64,000 nucleotides of DNA from Polyangiales bacterium (GTDB lineage Bacteria > Myxococcota_A > Polyangia > Polyangiales > Ga0077539): positions 1 through 64,000 of the forward strand of contig JBGARZ010000004.1 of assembly GCA_044229975.1 (NCBI GenBank). The letters run 5' to 3'. Under the pieces are notes generated by a model. That model was not told the origin of the DNA. It made no database searches and saw nothing but the letters and a program-made list of their open reading frames with translations. This document shows, one piece after another, positions 1 through 9,192 of the stretch (positions are counted from its first letter, which is position 1; every line of letters starts with the position of its first letter). A program made the position numbers and the translations under genes.

Positions 1-72
1 TCGGTCGTCAAGCCCTCCAGCGTCGATGGTACTGCACAGGTGACTGTGTGGGAGAGTAGAACGCCGCCGGGG
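1..72 (+). rRNA. rrf: 5S rRNA, 3' part (truncated by window start)
   Basis: aagccctccagcgtcgatggtactgc...gtgggagagtagaacgccgccggg matches the conserved 3' half of bacterial 5S rRNA. Confidence 0.93.
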
Positions 73-88
73 TTCCTAATCAGGCAAC

Positions 89-140
89 ACCCCATCGGGT
101 CAATCGCATCAGCGAACGACCCGGTGGGGTTTTGTCATTT
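89..140 (+). terminator. Probable intrinsic terminator of the rRNA operon
   Basis: Stem accccatcgggtc (89-101) / gacccggtggggt (118-130) followed by tttgtcattt. Confidence 0.7.
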
Positions 141-194
141 CTGCCGTCGGAAATTGGTGCGCCTCGGGGTGGGTTTGCTATCGCCTGAGACGAA

Positions 195-2588
195 GTGGGC
201 GCCCGTGGAAAGATCATCGCACTCCTGATCGTCGCCCCGCTGGTGGCCGCTGGAGCATTGGGGCCTTCGTTCGCCCGCACCCGCATCCGACAAGGGATTC
301 TTTCCGCATGCGCCCGCCGACTCGCGGCCCGCTGCGAAGTGGGGAAGGTCGACCTCGCCGTTGACGGTGCCCTGGTGCATCGCCTGGCGGTGGACATCCC
401 CGGTGCTCACCGCCGGGTGACGGTGTCTCGGTTGGGCGTGCGCTTCCGCTGGCCGGCGCTGGTGTTCGGGCGCACGCAGCGGCTCGACGTACTCGCGGAG
501 GGCATCCAGGTGCGCGGCGAAGGACCGCTCGCCGAAATGCTCCGTCGGCCTGTCAGCGCAGTCGCGCCAGAGATGGGGCGGCGGCGCTTCGTCGTGGGCA
601 ACGTTCACCTCGACCGCATCCAGGCCGACCTCGATGTTCGCGATGGGGAGACCTCTCGCGCGCGGGTGCAGCTCCGCGAAGGGGTGGTCGACCTCAACGA
701 ACGGCGCGAGATGACCGTGCGCTGGTCGGAGCTGCGGGCGGAGGTTCCGCGGGTGGTGATGCGCTCGGGCGCGTGCGTCGCGCTGCGGCGGGCGACCGAG
801 CAGAGTCTCAATTGCACGGGATTCGAAGCGCTCGCGGACGTGCGGGCGAAGGACGCGCTGCCTCCCTTCATCGATGAAGTCGAGGCGGCGCTCCGGCAAG
901 AATTGACCGCGGAGGCTAGGGTCCCAGAACGAGATTCCGAGCTGCCCATCAGTCCTAGAGCGCTGTCGGTGCAGGCGAGGGAAGGCTCCATCCGACTGCA
1001 GCGCAACGGGGAAGACCTCGTGCGCCTCGACCCGGCATCGCTCTCGCTACAGGCCCATGGGCGCGTGATCGATGAGCTGCGCGTCGAGGTCGGCGCCGAC
1101 GAGGGCGGCGAGATCACCACCAGCTACTCGCGCAACGAGCACGGTCGCTGGCAGGTCGAGGTCGACGCCGGGACTTTGCCGCTGCATCGGTTGGCGCCGT
1201 GGGTTCCGTTTGTCCCGTGGCACGCGACCGACAACGGGACCGCCCGGTTGCACGTGCGGGTCGAGCCGCCGGAGGGGAGCACCGCGGCGACGGTGTTGGA
1301 GGTCTCGGGCAACGTCACCCTCGATCACTTCGGCGTGCAGCACCCCGGGCTCGCGCGTGAAGCGCTCGACGGTCTCACCGCATCACTCTCGGGCCGCGCG
1401 ACCTTCGACCTCGAACGTCGCCGCATCACTACGCCCGGCATCTCCGCGGAGCTCAACGGGCTGCGCTTCTCCCTCACCGGAACCGCCGAGCACGACCGCG
1501 ATCACACCATGATCGACGGGATGCTCCGCGTTCCCATCTTCGATTGCGACCTGCCTCGACGGGTGCTTCCACCCGCCGCCGTGGGGCCGCTCGCGGGCTT
1601 TCTCTTCACCGGAACCCTCGCGGGCGACATGCACATCGCCCTCGACACCCGGCACCTCAACGACACCGTTCTCGACGTCAACGTGCAGGATGGGTGCAAC
1701 GTCTCGCAGTCCTCCATGGAGGTCGCGCTGCGTCGATTGGGCAACCCCTTCATCCAGCGGGTGCAGGAGCCCAACAACGTCGTTCGCACCTTTCTTACCG
1801 GACCGGGTACTCCGGCGTGGACGCCCTTCGAGGCCATCTCGCCCTTCGTCACCGGCGCGGTCATCCAGCGCGAAGACGGTGGCTTCTATCGACACCACGG
1901 GTTTTCTCCCGACGAGGTGCGCGGCGCGCTCATCCGCAACGTCAACGCCGGTCGCTTCGCCTTCGGCGCCAGCACCATCACCATGCAGCTCGTGAAGAAC
2001 GTCTTCCTCGCCCGCGAGAAGACGCTCGTCCGCAAGCTCCAGGAGGTCGCCCTCACCTGGTGGCTGGAGCGCTCCCTCGACAAGCGCTCGATCCTCGAGA
2101 TGTACCTCAACGTCGTCGAGTTTGGCCCCGGCATCTATGGCATCGGGCCGGCCGCGCGCTTCTTCTTCGGGAGAGAGCCCGGTGACCTCACCGTGCTCCA
2201 GGGCATCTACCTCGCGACGCTGCTGCCGGCGCCCATTCCCCGGTACAGCATGTTCGAGCGTGGCTCTGTCGGCGGAGGAACCCTCCAACAGCTCCGACAC
2301 ACCGCCCGCTCCATGGCGCTCAATCACCTCATCCCTGCGGCCGACGCTGTCGCCGCCGACCATGAGGGGATTGCGTTCCGACCGCGCAACTCGCCCGTTC
2401 CGGGGCAGCAGACGGTGATGGTCGACCCGCTCACCACCGACGAGCAGGCGCAGGACATCGCGCAGCAGATGAGCGTGTCCATCCGCGCGGCCGCGCCCGA
2501 ACCGCCGACTCCATCAACCGATGCGCCGCCGACCCCGCCGCCCGACAGCACCGATGGCACGAACGCCACTGACGACGGACCGCGTTAG
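195..2588 (+). CDS. Peptidoglycan transglycosylase (GT51) protein with long N-terminal extension
   Basis: C-terminal GT51 motifs EDGGFYRHHG, GASTITMQLVKN, RKLQE, ILEMYLN; N-terminal signal/TM segment. Confidence 0.85.
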   Translation: MGARGKIIALLIVAPLVAAGALGPSFARTRIRQGILSACARRLAARCEVGKVDLAVDGALVHRLAVDIPGAHRRVTVSRLGVRFRWPALVFGRTQRLDVLAEGIQVRGEGPLAEMLRRPVSAVAPEMGRRRFVVGNVHLDRIQADLDVRDGETSRARVQLREGVVDLNERREMTVRWSELRAEVPRVVMRSGACVALRRATEQSLNCTGFEALADVRAKDALPPFIDEVEAALRQELTAEARVPERDSELPISPRALSVQAREGSIRLQRNGEDLVRLDPASLSLQAHGRVIDELRVEVGADEGGEITTSYSRNEHGRWQVEVDAGTLPLHRLAPWVPFVPWHATDNGTARLHVRVEPPEGSTAATVLEVSGNVTLDHFGVQHPGLAREALDGLTASLSGRATFDLERRRITTPGISAELNGLRFSLTGTAEHDRDHTMIDGMLRVPIFDCDLPRRVLPPAAVGPLAGFLFTGTLAGDMHIALDTRHLNDTVLDVNVQDGCNVSQSSMEVALRRLGNPFIQRVQEPNNVVRTFLTGPGTPAWTPFEAISPFVTGAVIQREDGGFYRHHGFSPDEVRGALIRNVNAGRFAFGASTITMQLVKNVFLAREKTLVRKLQEVALTWWLERSLDKRSILEMYLNVVEFGPGIYGIGPAARFFFGREPGDLTVLQGIYLATLLPAPIPRYSMFERGSVGGGTLQQLRHTARSMALNHLIPAADAVAADHEGIAFRPRNSPVPGQQTVMVDPLTTDEQAQDIAQQMSVSIRAAAPEPPTPSTDAPPTPPPDSTDGTNATDDGPR

Positions 2589-3196
2589 GGCGCCTGGTCG
2601 CCCAGCAGCGCGAGCATCATCACCGACGCGGTGTCGATGAGCTGGGTCTTCGCGATGGTGTTGGGGGCTGACTCCAGCCACGCCAGCGAGACCACCTCGA
2701 TGAAGCCCACCCAGCCGCGAAGCAGCACCCGCAGCGCGCGTGGCTTCGGGTGCGCCGGGAGGTCGCGCACGATGCGGTCGACGAAGTGGTTGCGCAGGCG
2801 ATCGAGGATGCCCGCCACCACCGGGTCGGAGCCGATGCCGCCGCGCATCAGCGCCACGTAGGCCGGGCCGCGCGCCTTCACGAAGTCGAGGTAGGCCTCG
2901 AGACCCGCACGGAGACGAAACTCGGGCGGCAGCGCCGGGTCGATCTCGGTCTGCGCGCGGAGCTGCTCGGCGATGATCTCCAACACCGCGGCGTAGTAGT
3001 CCCGCTTCGTCGGAAAGTAGTGGTAGAGCAGGCCCTTCGAGATGCCCGCGGCGGCGGCGATGTCATCGATGGACACCGCGTCGTACGGGCGCGTACCGAA
3101 GAAGGCCATGCCCTGCTCGATGAGCTGCGCGCGACGAACGTCTACGGTGTGTCGCGTTCGCGGAACCTTCTCCTTCGCTGACGCCGCCCTCGCCAT
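2585..3196 (-). CDS. TetR/AcrR family regulator
   Basis: HTH SIDDIAAAAGISKGLLYHYFPTK. Confidence 0.92.
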   Translation of the reverse strand: MARAASAKEKVPRTRHTVDVRRAQLIEQGMAFFGTRPYDAVSIDDIAAAAGISKGLLYHYFPTKRDYYAAVLEIIAEQLRAQTEIDPALPPEFRLRAGLEAYLDFVKARGPAYVALMRGGIGSDPVVAGILDRLRNHFVDRIVRDLPAHPKPRALRVLLRGWVGFIEVVSLAWLESAPNTIAKTQLIDTASVMMLALLGDQAP

Positions 3197-3254
3197 CGCC
3201 GACCCATCACTACCGCTGGTGTCGGGGCGTACTCAAGCCCGAACACGTCGCGCT

Positions 3255-3307
3255 ATTGACCGCGGTTCAATCGTCCGCTAGTGATGGGTTATTGAACGGA
3301 AGTCAGT
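3255..3307. promoter_or_regulatory. Two ATTGA-N7-TCA(A/G)T palindromes, likely TetR operators over the divergent promoters
   Basis: attgaccgcggttcaat (3255-3271) and attgaacggaagtcagt (3291-3307) lie between divergent tetR and hydrolase genes. Confidence 0.6.
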
Positions 3308-3336
3308 GACGGCTTCCCGCAGCCAGGAGACGTTTC

Positions 3337-4167
3337 ATGGACGGAAGTACGCATGAGACCCGCAGCGCTCGACCCATCAAGCCCCGCGCGCCGGGGGTGA
3401 CCTTCGAGGGGACGCCGCCGCGGTACTGGTTCGGCGGGATGAAGCACGCGTCGATGCTCGCCAATGGGGTCAACCTGCTGTTTCCGATGGGGGAGAGGTT
3501 CTTTGTGCGGAGCGTGATGCACTACCTGCCGCGCATCGAAGACCCTGACCTGCGCGCCAAGGTGAAGGGCTTCGCGGGGCAGGAGGCGCGGCATGCGCGG
3601 GCCCACGAGGACTACAACGAGGTGCTCAAGCGGCAGGGGTATGAGCTCGAAGCTTTCCTGAAGGCGTACGAGCGCATCGCGTTTGAGGGCGTCGAGAAGA
3701 TCGCCCCCGCGCGGCTGCGGCTGGCCGTCACCGCGGCGACGGAGCACTTCACGGCGATCATGGCCGAAGACGCGCTCACCCAGGGGTACTTCGCGCGGAT
3801 GGGGGGCGAGGTCGCGCGCATGCTGACGTGGCACGCGGCCGAGGAGATCGAGCACAAGGCCGTGGCGTTCGACGTGCTCCAGCAGGTCGCGCCGGGCTAC
3901 GCGACGCGCATGGCGGGGCTCGCGCTGGCGTCGGCGCTGCTGGGCGGGTTCTGGTTTGCGGCGGCGGTCACGCTCGCGCGGCAGGACGCGAAGCTGCCGT
4001 ACGAGCCGAGCCGGGAGCCCACGGAGGAGGAGAAGGAACACACGCCGATCGATGTATTTGTGCGGGGGATCAGGGAGTACGCGCGGCCGGGGTTTCACCC
4101 CAACGATCGGGACAATCTCCACATCGCCATCGAGGCCCTCAGGGCGCTCGGGCTCGAAGCGGCGTAG
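3337..4167 (+). CDS. Predicted metal-dependent hydrolase (diiron ferritin-like)
   Basis: FPMGERFF, QEARHARAH, EHFTA, WHAAEEIEHKAVAFD, PGFHP motifs. Confidence 0.85.
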   Translation: MDGSTHETRSARPIKPRAPGVTFEGTPPRYWFGGMKHASMLANGVNLLFPMGERFFVRSVMHYLPRIEDPDLRAKVKGFAGQEARHARAHEDYNEVLKRQGYELEAFLKAYERIAFEGVEKIAPARLRLAVTAATEHFTAIMAEDALTQGYFARMGGEVARMLTWHAAEEIEHKAVAFDVLQQVAPGYATRMAGLALASALLGGFWFAAAVTLARQDAKLPYEPSREPTEEEKEHTPIDVFVRGIREYARPGFHPNDRDNLHIAIEALRALGLEAA

Positions 4168-4171
4168 CGGA

Positions 4172-5620
4172 TCACTCCATCGTGAGCGGCACGAAGGTCT
4201 GCTGGTTGTTGCGACGCACCAGCAGCGCGGCCGAGCCGTCTTGCGTCGCCGTGAGCAGGTCGCCGGAGTTGCCCACCGGCTGCTGATCGGCTTGCAGGAT
4301 GACGTCGCCGGGTCGCAGCCCCGCCCGGTCGCTCGCGCTGCCAGGCTCGACCACGGTGACCATCACGCCGCGATCGACGCCGAGCTGGCGCGCACGAACC
4401 ACCGGGATGGGAGAGACCTCCAGGCCCAGCGAGCGTGAGCCTTCCATGCGCGGTGCGGACGAGCCCGTGTCGCGGCGGGCGCGGGCGTTGGGGCGCTCGG
4501 CCTCGGGGCGCGATCCGGCGATGACGCGCACCTGACGCGTCTGACCGTTGCGCTGAACCGACAGGGCCATCGCGTCGTTGGGGCGGTGCGCGGTGACGGT
4601 CTGCACCACGTCGTTGGAAGAGGTCACCGGGTGGCCGTCGATGGCGGTGATGACGTCACCGAGGCCAAGACCGGCGCGAGCGCTCGGGCCGCGAGGGTCG
4701 AGCTGCGAGACGATGGCACCACCACCGGGCGGGAGGTTGAAGTTGCGCGCGAGGTCGGCGGAGAGGTCTTGCAGGCCGAGGCCGATCCAGCCGCGGGAGA
4801 CGGAGCCGCGCTCGGCGAGCTGCTCGGTGACCAGGCGCGCGAGACGGGAGGGGACCGCGAAGCCGACCCCAGTGCCGCGGCCGAGGATCATGGTGTTGAT
4901 GCCCAGCACCTCGCCGCGGAGGTTGATGAGCGGACCGCCCGAGTTGCCCGGGTTGATGCTGGCGTCGGTCTGGAGATAGTCCTCGATGGAGTTCTGCCCG
5001 AGGCCCGCGCGGCCCTTCGCGCTGAGCACGCCGTGGGTGACGGTGGCTTCGAGGCCGAAGGGAGCGCCGATGGCCAGCACCCACTCGCCCACGCGCGCGC
5101 GCTCGCTGTCGCCCCAGCGCGCGACGGGGAGGGACGTCGCTTCGATCTTGATGACGGCGAGGTCGGTCGCAGGGTCGGTGCCGAGGACGCGGGCGGGGAG
5201 GACGCGGCCGTCGCGCAGGTGGACCATGATGCGCTGCGCGTCTTCGACGACGTGGTTGTTGGTCACGATGACGCCGTCGGGGCGGACGATGACGCCGGAG
5301 CCCGTTCCGTGTTGCACCTCGGGGGCGCCACCACCACCGCGGCCCTGCGGCATGCCGAAGGGAAACGGGAAGCCGCGGGGCATCGCGGGCTCGTGGCTCT
5401 CCACGTCGACGCGGATGCTGACGACCGCGGGCAGCGTCTGCGAGGCGACGTCGGCGAAGCCGTCGGAGAGCTGCTCCATGGTGTTGAGCTGGGCAGGCGT
5501 CGGAGGGGTGGGCGGCGGAACCTGCTGCGAATGAACGGCCGTCGTTCCGAGAGCGAGCGCGCCGACGAGGCCAGCGAGGGCACCAACGCGGCGGAGAGAC
5601 TTCGGGGAGAAGTGGGTCAT
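4172..5620 (-). CDS. HtrA/DegP-family serine protease with two PDZ domains
   Basis: TNNHVV, DLAVIK, TDASINPGNSGGPL; signal peptide; two PDZ-like repeats. Confidence 0.93.
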   Translation of the reverse strand: MTHFSPKSLRRVGALAGLVGALALGTTAVHSQQVPPPTPPTPAQLNTMEQLSDGFADVASQTLPAVVSIRVDVESHEPAMPRGFPFPFGMPQGRGGGGAPEVQHGTGSGVIVRPDGVIVTNNHVVEDAQRIMVHLRDGRVLPARVLGTDPATDLAVIKIEATSLPVARWGDSERARVGEWVLAIGAPFGLEATVTHGVLSAKGRAGLGQNSIEDYLQTDASINPGNSGGPLINLRGEVLGINTMILGRGTGVGFAVPSRLARLVTEQLAERGSVSRGWIGLGLQDLSADLARNFNLPPGGGAIVSQLDPRGPSARAGLGLGDVITAIDGHPVTSSNDVVQTVTAHRPNDAMALSVQRNGQTRQVRVIAGSRPEAERPNARARRDTGSSAPRMEGSRSLGLEVSPIPVVRARQLGVDRGVMVTVVEPGSASDRAGLRPGDVILQADQQPVGNSGDLLTATQDGSAALLVRRNNQQTFVPLTME

Positions 5621-5684
5621 GCGTGACCTCCTTGAGCAGGCTATTACCCACGAAGGGATGTGGGCTATTCCGAACGGCGGGGAG

Positions 5685-6380
5685 TCATGACGTTTCGAGC
5701 GCGCTGGCGATCTCTTCGACCACGCGACGCGCGGCGGCGGCGGGGTCGGACGCGTCGCGGATGGGGCGACCCACCACGAGGTGGGAGGCGCCCAAACGGA
5801 TGGCGTCGGTGACGGTGGCGGTGCGTTGTTGATCGTCGCCCGCGACGCTCGCCCAGGTGGGACGAACGCCGGGCGTCACGCACTGTAGCGCGGGCACCGC
5901 GGCGCGCACGGCGACGAGCTCGCGCGGGGAGCAGACGACGCCGACGGCGCCCTGGGCATGGGCTTCGATGGCGCGCTGGATGACGAGCTGGTGGAGGGCC
6001 TCGTCGCCGCCGACGGAGGCGGGGGAGACGGAGGTGAGCACGGTGATGCGGAGGATGCCCGCGCGACCACCGGCGGCGCGAACCGCGGCGTCGACGGGGT
6101 CGTGCACGGTGATGAAGCGAACCGGGACGCCGGCGTCGACGATCTGGGCGACGGCGCGGGAGACGGTGGCGGGGACGTCGTGGAGCTTGGCGTCGATGAA
6201 GAGGGACGAGCCGTCGGTGATGCGGCGGGCGAGCTCCATGCCGCCGCGGAGGAGGAGCTCGAGGCCGATCTTGAAGGTTCCGACGGAGGGGCGGAGGGCG
6301 GCGACGAGGGTGCGGGCGCGGGCTTCGTCTTCGACGTCGAGGGCGAAGATGAGGCGGTCACGGGCTTCGGTGGAGGACAT
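5685..6380 (-). CDS. pyrF: Orotidine-5'-phosphate decarboxylase
   Basis: LIFALD, FKIGLEL, DAKLHDVPATV, VTPGVRP, DDQQR, LVVGRPI. Confidence 0.93.
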   Translation of the reverse strand: MSSTEARDRLIFALDVEDEARARTLVAALRPSVGTFKIGLELLLRGGMELARRITDGSSLFIDAKLHDVPATVSRAVAQIVDAGVPVRFITVHDPVDAAVRAAGGRAGILRITVLTSVSPASVGGDEALHQLVIQRAIEAHAQGAVGVVCSPRELVAVRAAVPALQCVTPGVRPTWASVAGDDQQRTATVTDAIRLGASHLVVGRPIRDASDPAAAARRVVEEIASALETS

Positions 6381-6424
6381 CGTTCGCGAGGGTATCGCAA
6401 CGCGGGGTGATACAAAGGAACGCG

Positions 6425-6907
6425 ATGAGCAGCGACACGCCGAACTACATGACGCCGGAGGGCTATCAGCGCTTCGTGGACGAGTCGACGTGGCTCGCGC
6501 GGGTCGAGCGCCCGCGCGTCGTGCAGGAGGTGCAGGACGCGGCGGCGCAGGGCGATCGCAGCGAAAACGCCGAGTACATCTATGGCAAGAAGCGGCTGCG
6601 GGAGATCGATCGGCGGATGAACTTCCTCGCGCGGCGGCTGGCGAACGTCCAGGTGGTCGACCCGAAGTTGCAGAAGGGCGATCGGATCTTCTTCGGGGCG
6701 ACGGTGGACCTCGAAGACGAAGAGGCCGTCGTGGCGACGTGGCACATCATCGGCGAGGACGAGGTCGACCTGGAGAAGCGGCACATCTCGTGGAAGTCAC
6801 CATTGGGAAGGGCGCTGCTGAAGAAGGGCGTCGACGACGTGGTGACGGTGAAGCGGCCCGACGGCGAGACGCTGGAGTACACGGTGCTCGCGGTGCGCTA
6901 CGGCTGA
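6425..6907 (+). CDS. greB: Transcription elongation factor GreB
   Basis: NYMTPEG, GDRSENAEYIYGKKRLREIDRR, ISWKSPLGRAL; ATG at 6425 chosen. Confidence 0.93.
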   Translation: MSSDTPNYMTPEGYQRFVDESTWLARVERPRVVQEVQDAAAQGDRSENAEYIYGKKRLREIDRRMNFLARRLANVQVVDPKLQKGDRIFFGATVDLEDEEAVVATWHIIGEDEVDLEKRHISWKSPLGRALLKKGVDDVVTVKRPDGETLEYTVLAVRYG

Positions 6908-6912
6908 TGGCG

Positions 6913-7048
6913 CGGGGTGGGGACGGTTTCACCTTTTCAACTTGTTGGGCGCCAACGGCTGGGCGGGTGCAGGGCGTTTGCAACAAGTTGAAAAGGTGAA
7001 ACCGTCCCCACCCCGTTTGTGACAACGTGAAAAGGTGAAACCGTCCCC
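6913..7048. repeat. REP-like element: perfect 35-bp inverted repeat plus a third partial copy
   Basis: cggggtggggacggtttcaccttttcaacttgttg (6913-6947) and its exact reverse complement (6981-7015); partial copy 7028-7048. Confidence 0.85.
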
Positions 7049-8003
7049 GCTCCGCGTCGCCGAGGTCTTCGGTCTGTCGCCGCTCCGCACCCGGTTGCGG
7101 GAGGCGATGCTCACCTTTCGTGGGGATGGGCACACGCCGCCCTCGCGCTTCGACCACACGTCGCTGCGCATCTTCCGGCCGAGGCTCGCGCTGCCGCTGT
7201 GGGTCGGGCGGCCTGCGCACGGGCGGTTGGTGCCCATCTACAACCTCTATTGCTACGACCGGCCGCCGCCTGAGCTGGGGTGGAGCGTTCGGGTGACGGC
7301 GAGGGCGCGCGACTTCCTCGGAACCCAGCTCACCTACGACAGCCACAACGGGACCGACTTCGCCGTTCCGCTGGGGACCGTGGTCGTGGCCGCGGCGCCG
7401 GGCGTCGTGGGGCGCGTGTCGAGCGAGTTCAATCGCGGTGGGCTCAAGGTGTTCATCGACCATGGGGCGGGGCTCGTGACGTCGAGCAACCACCTCGGGC
7501 GCGCGCTCGTGAAGACGGGCGATCGCGTGAGCCGGGGGCAACCCATCGCGCTGTCGGCGTACAGCGGGCTCGACGGGCTCTCGACGTTTCCGTGGGGCGC
7601 GCCGCACGTGCACTACAACGTCTGGCTCGATGGCGAGTACGTCGACCCGTTTGCCGCGCCGGGGGAGACGGCGCTGTGGCGCAAGGGCAACTGGCCCGTC
7701 GCCGATCGCGGTGGGGGGAGCGACGATGTTCCGCCGAGCGACTGGGACCACGCGGCGATCGAGCGGGCCATCGAGGCGTGCCTGCACGAGGAGACGCGCG
7801 GGGAGCTGCGAGGCATCGCGGACGACGAGGAGAGGGCGATGGGGGTGCTGTTTCAGAGCACGTACTTCCCGACGCGCTTCAAGGAGCGACCGCGCTTGTA
7901 CCGGGTGACGCACGCGCGGACGCCGCGGCTCGATCTGCCGTTTCGCGCGGAGGACTTCGACGGGATCTGGTTTCCCCACGGGGTCGAGCCCGCGCGGGAG
8001 TAG
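7035..8003 (+). CDS. M23 family metallopeptidase
   Basis: HNGTDF (HxxxD) and PHVHY (HxH); start uncertain because it overlaps the repeat. Confidence 0.85.
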   Translation: MKPSPLRVAEVFGLSPLRTRLREAMLTFRGDGHTPPSRFDHTSLRIFRPRLALPLWVGRPAHGRLVPIYNLYCYDRPPPELGWSVRVTARARDFLGTQLTYDSHNGTDFAVPLGTVVVAAAPGVVGRVSSEFNRGGLKVFIDHGAGLVTSSNHLGRALVKTGDRVSRGQPIALSAYSGLDGLSTFPWGAPHVHYNVWLDGEYVDPFAAPGETALWRKGNWPVADRGGGSDDVPPSDWDHAAIERAIEACLHEETRGELRGIADDEERAMGVLFQSTYFPTRFKERPRLYRVTHARTPRLDLPFRAEDFDGIWFPHGVEPARE

Positions 8004-8045
8004 ACGGTTGCGGGGGCCCGGGCCGCGGCGGTACGAGTTCGCGTC

Positions 8046-8774
8046 ATGGCGGAAGAGCGCGCGGGGCAGATCGTCGCGATGGGTGGTGGCGGCTTCTCGA
8101 TGGAGCCCGACAACCCGCTGCTCGACGACTATGTGCTGTCGCTTGTGCCGCAGCGTCCGGCGCGCGTCTGCTTCCTGCCGACGGCGAGCAGCGACGCGCC
8201 GGTATACATCGCGAAGTTCTACCGGGCGCTGAGCGGGCGGTGTGTGCCGAGCGATCTGACGCTCGTCGACTCGGTGCTCCCGCGGCGCCCCGCGCGCAGC
8301 AGCGACCTCGCTGAGTTCGTCGCTCAGCAGGACGTCTTCTATGTGGGCGGCGGAAGCACGCTGCACCTGCTCGCCCTGTGGCGCGCGCATGGGCTCGATC
8401 GCCTGCTGCGCGACGCGTGGCTGCGCGGGGCCGTTCTGTGTGGCGTGAGCGCCGGGATGAACTGCTGGTTCGAGGGGTCGATCACCGACTCCTTCGGCGG
8501 GCTCGCCGCGCTCGACGATGGCCTCGGGCTGCTCGAAGGCAGCGCGTGCCCGCACTACGACGGAGAGGCCGAGCGGCGGCCGACGTTTCAGCGCTCGGTG
8601 ACGGAGGGCTTCCGCGCGGGGTACGCGGCCGACGACGGGGCAGCGCTGCACTTCGTCGGGCGCGAGCTCGTGCGCGCGGTGAGCTCACGGCCGAAGGCGA
8701 AGGCGTATCGGGTGTCGCGGCGCGACGGAGAGGTGCTGGAGGAGGAGATTCCGACGCGCTTCCTGGGCGGGTGA
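8046..8774 (+). CDS. Peptidase E (S51) family protein
   Basis: FLPTASSD, YVGGGST, GVSAGM, CPHY. Confidence 0.9.
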   Translation: MAEERAGQIVAMGGGGFSMEPDNPLLDDYVLSLVPQRPARVCFLPTASSDAPVYIAKFYRALSGRCVPSDLTLVDSVLPRRPARSSDLAEFVAQQDVFYVGGGSTLHLLALWRAHGLDRLLRDAWLRGAVLCGVSAGMNCWFEGSITDSFGGLAALDDGLGLLEGSACPHYDGEAERRPTFQRSVTEGFRAGYAADDGAALHFVGRELVRAVSSRPKAKAYRVSRRDGEVLEEEIPTRFLGG

Positions 8775-8793
8775 TCGCTCGCCGGGGGGCGAA

Positions 8794-8982
8794 TCAGTTG
8801 AGCATCGACGGCCCGCCGCGCGGCTTCGTCCAGTCGTCGGGGCCCGCGAGGGTGGCGGTGACCGAGCACCAGCGGTCGTTGGCGCCGAGGACCGCGCCGC
8901 GGAAGCCCTGCGCCGCGAGGAGGGAGCGCGCCCGCTCGGCGGTCGTTCGGTGGAGGTGGAGGGTCCAGCCTTGCTCGCTCAT
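8794..8982 (-). CDS. Small hypothetical protein or gene remnant
   Basis: 62-aa ORF (MSEQGWTLHL...) with protein-like composition filling an intergenic gap. Confidence 0.3.
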   Translation of the reverse strand: MSEQGWTLHLHRTTAERARSLLAAQGFRGAVLGANDRWCSVTATLAGPDDWTKPRGGPSMLN

Positions 8983-9192
8983 CGGGTGGACGCTACCTCG
9001 CGGCGGTCGTCCACGGGCGCAACGAGCGAGCCACCCGGTACTCTCCGCCGAGTCGCCCCAACCTCTCAACCCGCCGCTCTATTGCCGACGTTCTGCGCGC
9101 GGCTGTGGACGGTCACTCCGCGCGTCGATGAAGCGCCCGAAAGCCTGCGGTTGCTTCCACGCGCCCTCCGCTCGCTGATATAGCCTCGTCCC

